A stretch of 64,000 bases of DNA from Candidatus Latescibacterota bacterium. Its GTDB lineage: Bacteria; Latescibacterota; UBA2968. Of this stretch, positions 18,747-27,967 are shown in pieces (position 1 is the stretch's first letter; each line of letters starts with the position of its first letter). Location of the stretch: contig OZ241986.1 of the NCBI GenBank assembly GCA_965204375.1, positions 1,952,001 through 2,016,000 on the forward strand, read 5' to 3'. The translations under genes and the position numbers were made by a program. Under the pieces are notes generated by a model. It was given only the letters and a program-made list of their open reading frames with translations, ran no database searches and was not told the DNA's origin.

Positions 18747-19763
18747 CTATCCAAACACATCACTCGCGACAAAAGCCATACCCAGTGCAGCGGCAGAATC
18801 GCCACCGCACGCCCATTCAAACTGCGTTGAGACAGCCTGCGTATCAAAGGGATTTTCGAGATATATCGGCCATGACCCATTCTCAAATCCCTCAATCACC
18901 CACGCCATATACCGATCGCGAAAAGAAGCTTCTGAAAGCCCCCCACCAATCACCACAAGCCCAGGATCGAATAACCGCACCCAATTCGCGATTGCATAAC
19001 CCAGAATAAATGCCTGCTCCTTAAAAAGCGACACAGCGAGTGGATCGTCATTTTCCGCGTAATCGCGGAGTTGATACGCCTTTTCCTCTATCGACGCATC
19101 AGACGCATTCAGCGCGTGATCCTTCCATTTCTCCCCCGCCAATTCAATCCCAAGCCTGCGTCTCAATGCCATAAGCGACACCCAGGCCTCCGCACATCCC
19201 GTCAGCCCACACGAACAAGCAGGCAACTCCCCATCCACCTCCCGAAACGGAACCGAAGCATGCCCCACTTCCAGCGCGAGACCATTTGCCCCCTCGTAAA
19301 TCTGCCCACCGGGCAAAACCAATCCACCGCCCAAACCCGTTCCAGGCGCGACGAGCAGAAGGCCCGCATCGGAATCCGGACGCGCCGCGTATTCCCCTGC
19401 TGCCGCTGCATTGCCGTCATTTGTCATATACACGGGCACACCCGCACGCGCAGAAAACTCACCGCGAATATTTGTTCCCACCCAATCCGCACCCAGATTG
19501 GCCTGCACCCGAATCACGCCACTGCTACTCGGCGCGGGCACATCCAGCCCAATACCCGCAATATCCGATTGACGCCTCCCTGCGCGATCAGTCAATAACG
19601 ACAAAGCTTCCTCGAGCTGTGCAAACGTAGCCTCATACCCATCCTTAACGCGACTGGGCACCTCCACCATATCGCCCAATAAATTGCCAGCAGCATCGAC
19701 GAGAATGGACTTCACACTCGTCCCACCAATATCCAAACCCGCAAAACAGCGCGTATCGCTCAT
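18747..19763 (-). CDS. ROK-family sugar kinase
   Basis: GLDIGGT, NDGNAAA, GTGLGGG, EVGH, CSCGLTGCAE. Confidence 0.9.
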   Translation of the reverse strand: MSDTRCFAGLDIGGTSVKSILVDAAGNLLGDMVEVPSRVKDGYEATFAQLEEALSLLTDRAGRRQSDIAGIGLDVPAPSSSGVIRVQANLGADWVGTNIRGEFSARAGVPVYMTNDGNAAAAGEYAARPDSDAGLLLVAPGTGLGGGLVLPGGQIYEGANGLALEVGHASVPFREVDGELPACSCGLTGCAEAWVSLMALRRRLGIELAGEKWKDHALNASDASIEEKAYQLRDYAENDDPLAVSLFKEQAFILGYAIANWVRLFDPGLVVIGGGLSEASFRDRYMAWVIEGFENGSWPIYLENPFDTQAVSTQFEWACGGDSAAALGMAFVASDVFG

Positions 19764-19815
19764 AACCTTCTTCCGTAAAAAGTAAAAAAAACCATATCAG
19801 GACGAATCTACGGGA

Positions 19816-19850
19816 CGGTGTACAACTGACCGCCTCTCAGGTCAGTTCAT
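19816..19850 (+). repeat. 35-nt dispersed hairpin element, copy 1
   Basis: cggtgtacaactgaccgcctctcaggtcagttcat; near-identical to 53761-53795 and 60201-60235. Confidence 0.9.
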
Positions 19851-21073
19851 CTACGATGGAGTTCGCTCTGACTTGGGGTAGCGGGACAGGGTTCGTCTAT
19901 TCGTCTAATCACAAACAACTGACGCGTTCCATTTCTGGAAATCGATGGAAAAAGCACCTGATCACTCGTGCGATTCCAGCAGGGCGCGGGATCGCTCCTC
20001 AAATCCCCCGATATCCACTCCTCCTGATCGTATCGCCGAGTTCGCACCCATGCCCCGTCAGCCATGCGATACATCACATAAACTGTTCCGCGCTTTGGTC
20101 CCGAACCATTGATAATCCACTTACCATCTGGAGAAAACGCATTGTCTCCGCCAGGCTCTGGAAAAACAGACTGATCCCCCAGGGTCCGTGCAATTTTCTG
20201 CTCATCGGTATCGTACACCACCAGATCATCTGCATTGTGACCGAGAATCTCATGCCCTTCCAACCACTCGGGATGACCGCCAATAAAAACCTTCTGGATG
20301 GTCAAATCACTCCCATCGGGATTTACGGTAAAAGGCACATTGAGCCGCGCTTCGCGCTTATTGAACTTGCCCCGTGCATAAAAATAAATCCGATCATCAT
20401 CCCGGTTCCACAGCGTATGATTGATAAACATCTCCTTGCTCTCAACTCCCGGATGGTAATCCCGCAACGCATCTCCCAACTGGGCAAAAGATACAATCAG
20501 CTCTTTCTCTTCCGTATTCACATCAACCTTAAAAATCCCATCGTCCTCGGGATGTGCAACCCCTTCGGTCCAATCCGCCGCGCCGAGATACCCAGTCACC
20601 AACCGCAGACGCGCCATGCGCGCGTAGTTTAATCCCAAAAAATAGCCGCCATTTTGCGCCACACCGCTGTTGCCAAACGACGTATCTTCATAGCGATATT
20701 CGCGGATCCTTTTCCCCCTGGAAATATCGAACAAAACCGTGAAAACTTGCTGCGTCTCCAGATCGCGATCATTAAAGAAAAATTGCGTCTCAGGCGATTC
20801 GGGATTCCAATAAAACATCGTGCCCTGCTGCGGATTCCATCCCTGTGACTGATCAACCACCTGGATTGCATGCTCATTCTCAGTATCAATCAAAATCACA
20901 TCCGCTGCCTCACCAGGTCCGGGCATATGGTCCTGAAAACCATTCTGCAACGCGACGATATAACGACCGCTCTGATTCCAGGGAATGGTTTGCGATTGAC
21001 CGATATACCCAAAAAAGTGATGTTTGGGACCATACGTGATCTGCTCAACTTCAAGCTCAAAAGAATCTGCCAA
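19847..21073 (-). CDS. Hypothetical beta-propeller-like protein (TolB/oligogalacturonate-lyase-like)
   Basis: HHFFGY, WNPQQG, GGHPEW, FSPDGKW repeats; TTG start with GAGGAG RBS. Confidence 0.65.
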   Translation of the reverse strand: MADSFELEVEQITYGPKHHFFGYIGQSQTIPWNQSGRYIVALQNGFQDHMPGPGEAADVILIDTENEHAIQVVDQSQGWNPQQGTMFYWNPESPETQFFFNDRDLETQQVFTVLFDISRGKRIREYRYEDTSFGNSGVAQNGGYFLGLNYARMARLRLVTGYLGAADWTEGVAHPEDDGIFKVDVNTEEKELIVSFAQLGDALRDYHPGVESKEMFINHTLWNRDDDRIYFYARGKFNKREARLNVPFTVNPDGSDLTIQKVFIGGHPEWLEGHEILGHNADDLVVYDTDEQKIARTLGDQSVFPEPGGDNAFSPDGKWIINGSGPKRGTVYVMYRMADGAWVRTRRYDQEEWISGDLRSDPAPCWNRTSDQVLFPSISRNGTRQLFVIRRIDEPCPATPSQSELHRR

Positions 21074-21099
21074 TTTATTCTCCTCGTGAATTTTACGAA

Positions 21100-22725
21100 C
21101 TAAATCCCTATCGCATATCCATCGCGCCTCGGATCTGCACCGCCCATCAGCGCACCCGATTCAGCATCCACCACAATACCCTGCGCGCCCCCGCAAACGG
21201 CGGAATAATCGGGCAACACCTTCACATCGTGCCCATGTGCTTTCAGTGCGCGCCGAACAGACTTCGACATCCGCCTTTCAATGGACACCTGCGTACCTGC
21301 ACTCTCAATGCGGAACCGGGGTGCTTCAATCGCCGCCTGTATATTCATGCCGTAATCCAGCACATTGGTCAAAAATTGCACCGATGTTTGTTGAATCCCC
21401 CAGCTTCCCGGCGTACCCAGCGCGGAAAAAAGCGCGCCATCTCGAAATACCAGCATCGGCGACAGGCACATATCCACTTTTTTGTGAGGCGTAATACAAT
21501 TTGGGCTTTCGGGCACAAGATCGCCCCACCGAATAAAATTGTTCAAAAACATACCCGTATCGCCCATCATCACCCCCGACCCAAACCCCGACCCCAAACT
21601 CTGAGTTATAGCCACGGCATTGCCATCGCCATCGACCACATCGAAATGCGTCGTGCATTCATTGCGCCATGCCGCTGGATCACCCGGTTCAATCTCGCCC
21701 GGCAATTTCGTCGCTGGATACCACTCGCCCCGATGCACACCCGCGCGATTTCCAATCAGCTTTCGGCGTTCTTCCGCATACCCCTTTGCCAGCAATCCTT
21801 CAACCGGAGCCTGCGGGGCTGCAGCGTATTCTATCCGATCTGCATTGCCCAATTTCACGGCTTCGATGAACAGGTGTACTGCCTGCTCTGAATGGTGTTC
21901 CATCTCTGCCAGATCGTATCCCTCCAGCATATTGAGCGTCTCGAGAATCTGAAATCCCGCGCTCGGTGGTGGCGGGCAAAACACCTCATAGCCGCGATAG
22001 GTCGTCGCTATCGGATCAACCCATTCGGGTTCAAAATCCGCCAGATCGCGCTCGGACAACCAGCCCCCTTCCGCCTGAATATATTCCGCCATTTCGCGCG
22101 CGAGGTCGCCGCGATAAAAAACCTCTGCTCCCCCTTCGGCAACCCGCCGAAACGTCCGCGCCAAATCCTTTTGAATGAGAATTTCACCCGGCAGAGGTCC
22201 GCGCCCACGCGACAGAATAACGCTTACAGCCCTGTCGTTCATCTTCCCACCACTATTCATCGATTGACTATTTTTCACCGTCACGGCATACCCGTTCTCC
22301 GCCAGATCAATCGCAGGTGCAAATACATCTGCTGGCGTCATCGTGCCATAGCGTTCCAACAATTCCAACCAGCCACCACAAGCACCCGGCGTCAAACACG
22401 AACGCGACCCAGCATCTTTATCCGCCGGTCCATCAAACAACTCCGCACGCGCCTGATGCGGTGTTCGGCCACAATAATCCAGGACGCGCCTGTGGTCGTT
22501 TTTTGCATCGTACACAATCGCATACCCCACCCCCGCAATACCAGACATATAGGGTTCAACAACATTGAGCGCGGCAGCAACCGCGACCGCAGCATCAAAC
22601 GCATTGCCCCCTTCAAGCAACATCCGCACGCCAGATAGCGCAGCTTGAGGATGCGCGCACGCCACCATACCACGCGTACCCGTAACCGTTGGTCTATGTG
22701 TCACACCATGTGCTGAAAAAGCCAT
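21100..22725 (-). CDS. ggt: Gamma-glutamyltransferase family protein
   Basis: GGNAFDAAVA, VVEPYMSG, TTHFDVVD (autocleavage Thr), GTPG, GGADPRRDG. Start reassigned to ATG 22725. Confidence 0.92.
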   Translation of the reverse strand: MAFSAHGVTHRPTVTGTRGMVACAHPQAALSGVRMLLEGGNAFDAAVAVAAALNVVEPYMSGIAGVGYAIVYDAKNDHRRVLDYCGRTPHQARAELFDGPADKDAGSRSCLTPGACGGWLELLERYGTMTPADVFAPAIDLAENGYAVTVKNSQSMNSGGKMNDRAVSVILSRGRGPLPGEILIQKDLARTFRRVAEGGAEVFYRGDLAREMAEYIQAEGGWLSERDLADFEPEWVDPIATTYRGYEVFCPPPPSAGFQILETLNMLEGYDLAEMEHHSEQAVHLFIEAVKLGNADRIEYAAAPQAPVEGLLAKGYAEERRKLIGNRAGVHRGEWYPATKLPGEIEPGDPAAWRNECTTHFDVVDGDGNAVAITQSLGSGFGSGVMMGDTGMFLNNFIRWGDLVPESPNCITPHKKVDMCLSPMLVFRDGALFSALGTPGSWGIQQTSVQFLTNVLDYGMNIQAAIEAPRFRIESAGTQVSIERRMSKSVRRALKAHGHDVKVLPDYSAVCGGAQGIVVDAESGALMGGADPRRDGYAIGI

Positions 22726-22844
22726 AACACTGCTCCTGAGAATTGTTTTAAGTAGCCATTCAAATCTTTGTGGATTTAAGCATTCTACAATGGTATTCTG
22801 AACAAATGGAAGCGGCGTCAAAAATCGACCTAACGCTATCCTCC

Positions 22845-22879
22845 CTGTCATTGCGGCATGGTTTTGAGCCGCAATCCAG
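22845..22879 (+). repeat. About 33-nt hairpin repeat (GTCATTGCGGC...GCCGCAATCCAG family), copy 1
   Basis: Matches the reverse complement of 38589-38621. Confidence 0.75.
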
Positions 22880-22939
22880 TTTTTTGTCCAGAAATATCAG
22901 GGGCGACTACTTACCTGTTCGAGTGCATTTTAAGTCAAT

Positions 22940-23164
22940 TTATTTTGCCTTAATAAACTCATCAACGGTAAGTTCTATATCCTGTGCGATTTGTCGCAAC
23001 AGGACTGGCGAAATATCTCTTCCTTTATGAAATGGAACGGTCGTTGCTCGTCCATCTACATGACGATATTGTTTGTGTGAACCTCGTTGGCGAACTTCTC
23101 GAAACTGCAATCTTTTAAGCAGCCGATCCACTTCCCGAGGCTTAAGTACTGGTATTTTAGGCAT
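22940..23164 (-). CDS. hicA: HicA-family mRNA interferase toxin
   Basis: RQRGSHKQY, TTVPFH, LLRQI. Confidence 0.92.
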   Translation of the reverse strand: MPKIPVLKPREVDRLLKRLQFREVRQRGSHKQYRHVDGRATTVPFHKGRDISPVLLRQIAQDIELTVDEFIKAK

Positions 23165-23370
23165 TAAGAGGTCACTATTTGTTGAGTGCCAAAAAACTCA
23201 GAATTGAGATATGGTTCACCATCCTCAAGAAGCATTTCGATCACCTCTATCAGGTTCTTATTAAGCTCATCTAATGTCTCGCCTTGAGAATGGGCACCGG
23301 CAAAACCGGGCACATAACCTACATATAACCCGGTATCCTTACAAAATTCCACAATAGCTGTAAAACGCAT
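23164..23370 (-). CDS. hicB: HicB-family antitoxin (short form without DNA-binding domain)
   Basis: YVGYVPGFAGAHSQGETLDE; TAATG overlap with hicA. Confidence 0.9.
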   Translation of the reverse strand: MRFTAIVEFCKDTGLYVGYVPGFAGAHSQGETLDELNKNLIEVIEMLLEDGEPYLNSEFFGTQQIVTS

Positions 23371-23417
23371 TTTTCACCTCGCTTAATTTATAGTGCCTAT
23401 TCCGATGCGACGACTTG

Positions 23418-24191
23418 TTATTCAGATGGGACCTCGATTCGAAATTCACGATCAACCTTTCTCGCTTGAACGCATGGGATATTGCGCTCCTGGCATAGAG
23501 TCTCAATCTTGGATTTGAACTGATCTTCTATTTTTATTCCAAGAATAACACGCGAAATTGGCCCCGGCAATGGACATTCTTGATCACCTTCCTCCGTTAT
23601 TAAACGCCATTCTTTCTCGTATGCCCATTCCCAGGATTTGGTTTTCATCATACTTTTGAACGTCGTACCATCCTTTTTAAGCAACATCTGCTCAAAATCA
23701 ATTATTGGATAATGCCTATCATATTGCACGGGCGAACAAATACCTATATCGCCAAGACAATTATCTGCGGCACGGGTAAACTCAAAGCAAACCCCTGTGT
23801 GTCCTTTTGCATAATGTGACCACATAAGTGTCGAATTATATTCCTCTGACAGACATAAGACTCCAGAGTTTTTGTTTTCTTGAATAAATTGCTGAGTTTC
23901 TATTTGTATTCGATCCCGTTCTTCAGGGATAAATTTCCCATCGTCGTCAAAATTCGAGTCCACGTATTGGACAATATGAGGAGGCCATTGGTCGCGTTCA
24001 CCATACCCTTGGTAAAGAGACTTCAAGAAACCTTCTTCAGTTATGTATTTTTCAATTTCCAAGTCACAATCAAATGGGTCATTGAATCGTTCTGGTTTTG
24101 CAGCCCAAAGGCAACTGTTGTGCAAGATATCCAACGTATAGCAGTTTGGTGGTTTGTACATGTAAAGCTTCGTGATACGTGGATAGTACAT
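23418..24191 (-). CDS. DUF2971-like protein
   Basis: FNDPFD, LMWSHYA..H.GVC, KSWEWAYEKEWR, ILG motifs. Confidence 0.85.
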   Translation of the reverse strand: MYYPRITKLYMYKPPNCYTLDILHNSCLWAAKPERFNDPFDCDLEIEKYITEEGFLKSLYQGYGERDQWPPHIVQYVDSNFDDDGKFIPEERDRIQIETQQFIQENKNSGVLCLSEEYNSTLMWSHYAKGHTGVCFEFTRAADNCLGDIGICSPVQYDRHYPIIDFEQMLLKKDGTTFKSMMKTKSWEWAYEKEWRLITEEGDQECPLPGPISRVILGIKIEDQFKSKIETLCQERNIPCVQARKVDREFRIEVPSE

Positions 24192-24231
24192 CCGCTATGT
24201 CTCCTAAATATTTTTTGAATACACTCAATTT

Positions 24232-25641
24232 CTATCTGAGCTTGCGCTCTTCCACTTCGATAATTTCCAGTTGCGCCTCTATTGCTGCGTAGTAATTAGG
24301 CAGTGGCTCAACCTCATACAACACCTCAACACCATGCTCCTGGCAGTTAGCGAACAGGATCATACCCCCCTCACTCGGCTCATCCACATCCTGCACCTTC
24401 TCTCGAAGGTGGACATAGAAATCTCTCAATGCTACACGCTCGGTCTCCAGTTCCTCAGATGCCATTCTATAAAACGTGGTCTTTGCACTCGGGAACAACA
24501 TTCGTTTGAATAATCCTTCCTCGGCTACCTCTCTGTGGCAAGTTATTGAACGCAACTCGAAAAACTCGACCATTGCATCTACAACATTCTGGTACAGATA
24601 CAAAAATTCGTCCCGGAAATTAGTAGCGAGACCCTGAAGTTCCTTAACAGCCCTTCGTAGATGCCGGCCCTTGACCCATCCGCTAATTCCCTTTCCTGTA
24701 AAGACACCGATTAAGCTACCTACCATGGTAGTCACAGCCGGTATAATAACAGCGGATGCGCCCCCAGTCGCAGGTACTAAAGCTAGTCCTACGCTAAGAC
24801 CAACCGTTTTTCCGACCCAGCCACCACCACCGACAGCAGCAGTGTCAAGTGCGGTATGTTCCGCTGCTGTCTTCTTGTCGAGATCGCCTTTACGAAATTT
24901 ATGGTAATTTTTACGTCCGCTGATAAGCAGCGTTGTGATGAACGGGATGCTATCAACTAAATCGAGTCCATCTCCGAGGGCATTTATACCTTCAAACGTA
25001 GCATTAGTGCTATGAAATGCTTCTTGAGAAGAGAGATCAGGATTGATTATAACTCGAGGGTTGTCGCGAAATGCATCGGCCATTTCCCGATTAGTGATTA
25101 CGTCAATATCTGGATGCTCGTCAAGATGCTCCTGAATGTACCTTGGGTCATCTGTAACCTTGACGTTGTATGGCTTTCCATCTATTATATGGTCCACTCC
25201 CTCTGCAGTACCAGACTCGGGTGTTTCAACATTATGTCCCCTCTCGCTGTAGTAATCGGCCACCATCTCCTCGCCTGTATAGCCCTTATATTTATGGATC
25301 ATGGACCGCCAAGCTGCTTCTCCAGGCTCAGACCTGATGATCTTGCTTTCCATGAAGTCTATGAGATCACCAAGATTTTGGAAGTCTTTTGCATGGTGCA
25401 GATGATCCATTCCCTGCAGAGCTTGGGGATTCAGTTTCATAGTGTTGTAGAGCACATCGAATACGCTCACACCAGTCACAACTGCGCCATCTAATCCCAA
25501 CTCTCTCGCTACACGCTTCCGCAATGGTTCATCAACCTTGAGTGTCTTTGCGAGAAAGGTCCGCTGGCGTGAACGATGGTAGTATGAAGCTGTGCTGAGC
25601 GAGATAGCCGCAACAGCAATACAGATGATTATAAATTCCAT
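24232..25641 (-). CDS. Hypothetical membrane protein with PD-(D/E)XK-like motif, glycine-rich hydrophobic hairpin and helical C-terminus
   Basis: N-terminal TM; KGYTGE...EGVD...YNVK; AVGGGGWVG...GSLIGVFTG. Confidence 0.7.
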   Translation of the reverse strand: MEFIIICIAVAAISLSTASYYHRSRQRTFLAKTLKVDEPLRKRVARELGLDGAVVTGVSVFDVLYNTMKLNPQALQGMDHLHHAKDFQNLGDLIDFMESKIIRSEPGEAAWRSMIHKYKGYTGEEMVADYYSERGHNVETPESGTAEGVDHIIDGKPYNVKVTDDPRYIQEHLDEHPDIDVITNREMADAFRDNPRVIINPDLSSQEAFHSTNATFEGINALGDGLDLVDSIPFITTLLISGRKNYHKFRKGDLDKKTAAEHTALDTAAVGGGGWVGKTVGLSVGLALVPATGGASAVIIPAVTTMVGSLIGVFTGKGISGWVKGRHLRRAVKELQGLATNFRDEFLYLYQNVVDAMVEFFELRSITCHREVAEEGLFKRMLFPSAKTTFYRMASEELETERVALRDFYVHLREKVQDVDEPSEGGMILFANCQEHGVEVLYEVEPLPNYYAAIEAQLEIIEVEERKLR

Positions 25642-25729
25642 AACGCGCTTTCTTTTTTATTAAACTGGCACTTAGCGAACAGAATCAGGCCACCTTTCCT
25701 CGGAAACCCGATACTTTATGATCGTTGTA

Positions 25730-26608
25730 TCAGTTGCGATTTAGCCCTCTATCCCGTGTACGAAGAATATTCTTCCACCATTGCTCTCGTTCTCGGATCA
25801 CATCGACTGACGTGTGAGCTTGACGATGTTCCAACAGCGCAAATTGGAAATATTTACGGCAATAGTCTATGCCGCATTCCTGTACCAACTCTTGCAACGC
25901 AACGTTACCGCCATGGCCTGTGTCAACGTAGTCATTCCAACGTTGCCATATACCCATATCCCCATAGGCTGCCCCCACATACTGCTCGTCAGTTTTCTTA
26001 TCGCTAATGAGGTACACACCCTTCACACTTGCCAAGGCCGCCCTCCAATCGGGTCGGTCATTCCGAACGAGCGTCTCAAGCTCGGCAAAGGAGAGATCGA
26101 TATTCTCATAACCTGGGAATGATCGTCCTGAATACGGCTCGCGCAGAATCTCGTGAACTTTAAGGATGGGGTCGTAATTGGGCAATTGTTCAGGCAGTTC
26201 TCGATCCGGGAATAGAAGTTGCGCGTTTTGCTCGACATCGTAGTGATTTTCGAAATTCACTCGTCTGGTCCTTGCACGATACGATGAGTGCAGTTTTAGC
26301 CGTCCAATGAAGTTTTGACCTTGTTCCGTCAATTCGACTACGTATTGATTCCCCTGGTCCTCAAGTACCTCAAAGACCCCCCCGAACAGCCAGATATCCG
26401 TCTCATGATAGAACTGCATGAGCGAGAAGATAAACCGTCGGTTGAATCCTGCCGTTTGGGGCCGGTACTCTTGCCAGCTATGCCATATTTGGGGATCGCT
26501 TACCCAGGCGTCTAGGGGTTGAATTTTAATTTTACGATTATACGTAGCGAAATGGACTTTGTAATTTTCCACATTCTCAATTTGCCATATATCTCTCAGG
26601 AGAATCAT
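25730..26608 (-). CDS. GIY-YIG nuclease family protein with N-terminal extension domain
   Basis: GVYLI...QYVGAA...QRW...REQWWK...GLNRN. Confidence 0.88.
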   Translation of the reverse strand: MILLRDIWQIENVENYKVHFATYNRKIKIQPLDAWVSDPQIWHSWQEYRPQTAGFNRRFIFSLMQFYHETDIWLFGGVFEVLEDQGNQYVVELTEQGQNFIGRLKLHSSYRARTRRVNFENHYDVEQNAQLLFPDRELPEQLPNYDPILKVHEILREPYSGRSFPGYENIDLSFAELETLVRNDRPDWRAALASVKGVYLISDKKTDEQYVGAAYGDMGIWQRWNDYVDTGHGGNVALQELVQECGIDYCRKYFQFALLEHRQAHTSVDVIREREQWWKNILRTRDRGLNRN

Positions 26609-26817
26609 ACCTGATTCCTTTCATCTAATTTCAAGCTGTTACTCAATATACTGAATTAAAATCAGAATAATCTACATCCAGCAGAGCAAATTGGCAACCG
26701 TAGAGTCATAGCGATTATTGTTCAGAATTTATTGCCCCATTTGCCCCACCAACGTATATTGCCCCATCCGCTATCACATACATCCACAGTTTGAATCAAA
26801 TTTGAGAAAGAAAACTT

Positions 26818-27930
26818 ATGGACCCCGTACAACTCACGCGCGAATTTGTATCCTTCAACTCGACCAGCTACTTGCCCAACGTCGATTGCTCAAATGCCAT
26901 GGCAGAAAGAATGCGCGAAGCTGGCCTCGCGGTTGAACGCATTCCCTACACAGACCCCAACGGCGTGCCCAAACTAAACCTCGTCGGCAAAAAAGGAAAT
27001 GGCACTGGTGGCCTTGCCCTGATGGGCCACAACGATGTCGTACCCGCCGAAGGCTGGGCGTGGGACCCCTATGAAGTCATCGAAAAGGGATCGCGAATCT
27101 ACGGACGCGGCGTAGCCGACATGAAAGGTTCTGTCGCCTGCATGATCGCCACGGCAAGCCATTTCTCCACTGACGAACTCAAACAACCCATCTACGTGGT
27201 CGTCACTGGAGATGAAGAAATCAACTGTGGAGGCGCCGATATCGTCGCCCAAAAATCCGAGGTATTAAAAGAATCCAACGTGCGCTACGGCATTATTGGC
27301 GAACCGACCTTGCTCGACGTGGTACACGCCCACAAAGGCTCGGTCAAAATCACCGTCACAGCCACGGGAAAAGCCACACACAGCAGCACGGGAACAGGCA
27401 TCAACGCCAATCACAAGCTCATCCCTTTCCTCAACGACATGCTCGCCATAGACCAAGAACTTAAAACCGACGAAAAATACCTCAACCACGCCTTCACACC
27501 CCCACACGCCACCCTCAACACCGTCATACACGGGGGTGAACAAGCATCGAACATTACCACCCCAGAAAGCGGGGCAACCCTCAACATGCGCCCCATGCCG
27601 GGACAGGATTTCGCACCCCTGCTCGACAAAATCAGAACACTGGCAGAAGAACGCGAGGTACATGTCGATATATACGACGGCCTCGCCCCACTCCACACAC
27701 CAGTGGAATCCCGCATCGTGCAAGAAGCCCTCTCCGTCACAAATAAGAGCGAACCCAAAACCGTAGCTTACGGCACTGACGGCATGATCTTTGGCAAAAC
27801 CATGGAACTCGTCGTACTCGGTCCCGGCAATATCCAGCAGGCGCATACCATTGACGAATGGATCGAAATCGAACAACTTCACCAGGCTGTAGATACCTTC
27901 TCGGAAATGGTTCGGCGGTTTTGTAGTTAG
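26818..27930 (+). CDS. M20 metallopeptidase, acetylornithine deacetylase (ArgE)-like
   Basis: GHNDVVP, GRGVADMKG, DEE, GEPT, AHKG, AHTIDE. Confidence 0.88.
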   Translation: MDPVQLTREFVSFNSTSYLPNVDCSNAMAERMREAGLAVERIPYTDPNGVPKLNLVGKKGNGTGGLALMGHNDVVPAEGWAWDPYEVIEKGSRIYGRGVADMKGSVACMIATASHFSTDELKQPIYVVVTGDEEINCGGADIVAQKSEVLKESNVRYGIIGEPTLLDVVHAHKGSVKITVTATGKATHSSTGTGINANHKLIPFLNDMLAIDQELKTDEKYLNHAFTPPHATLNTVIHGGEQASNITTPESGATLNMRPMPGQDFAPLLDKIRTLAEEREVHVDIYDGLAPLHTPVESRIVQEALSVTNKSEPKTVAYGTDGMIFGKTMELVVLGPGNIQQAHTIDEWIEIEQLHQAVDTFSEMVRRFCS

Positions 27931-27967
27931 GCGTAAGGAGCAATATTTAGCATTGGGAGGATATTCG

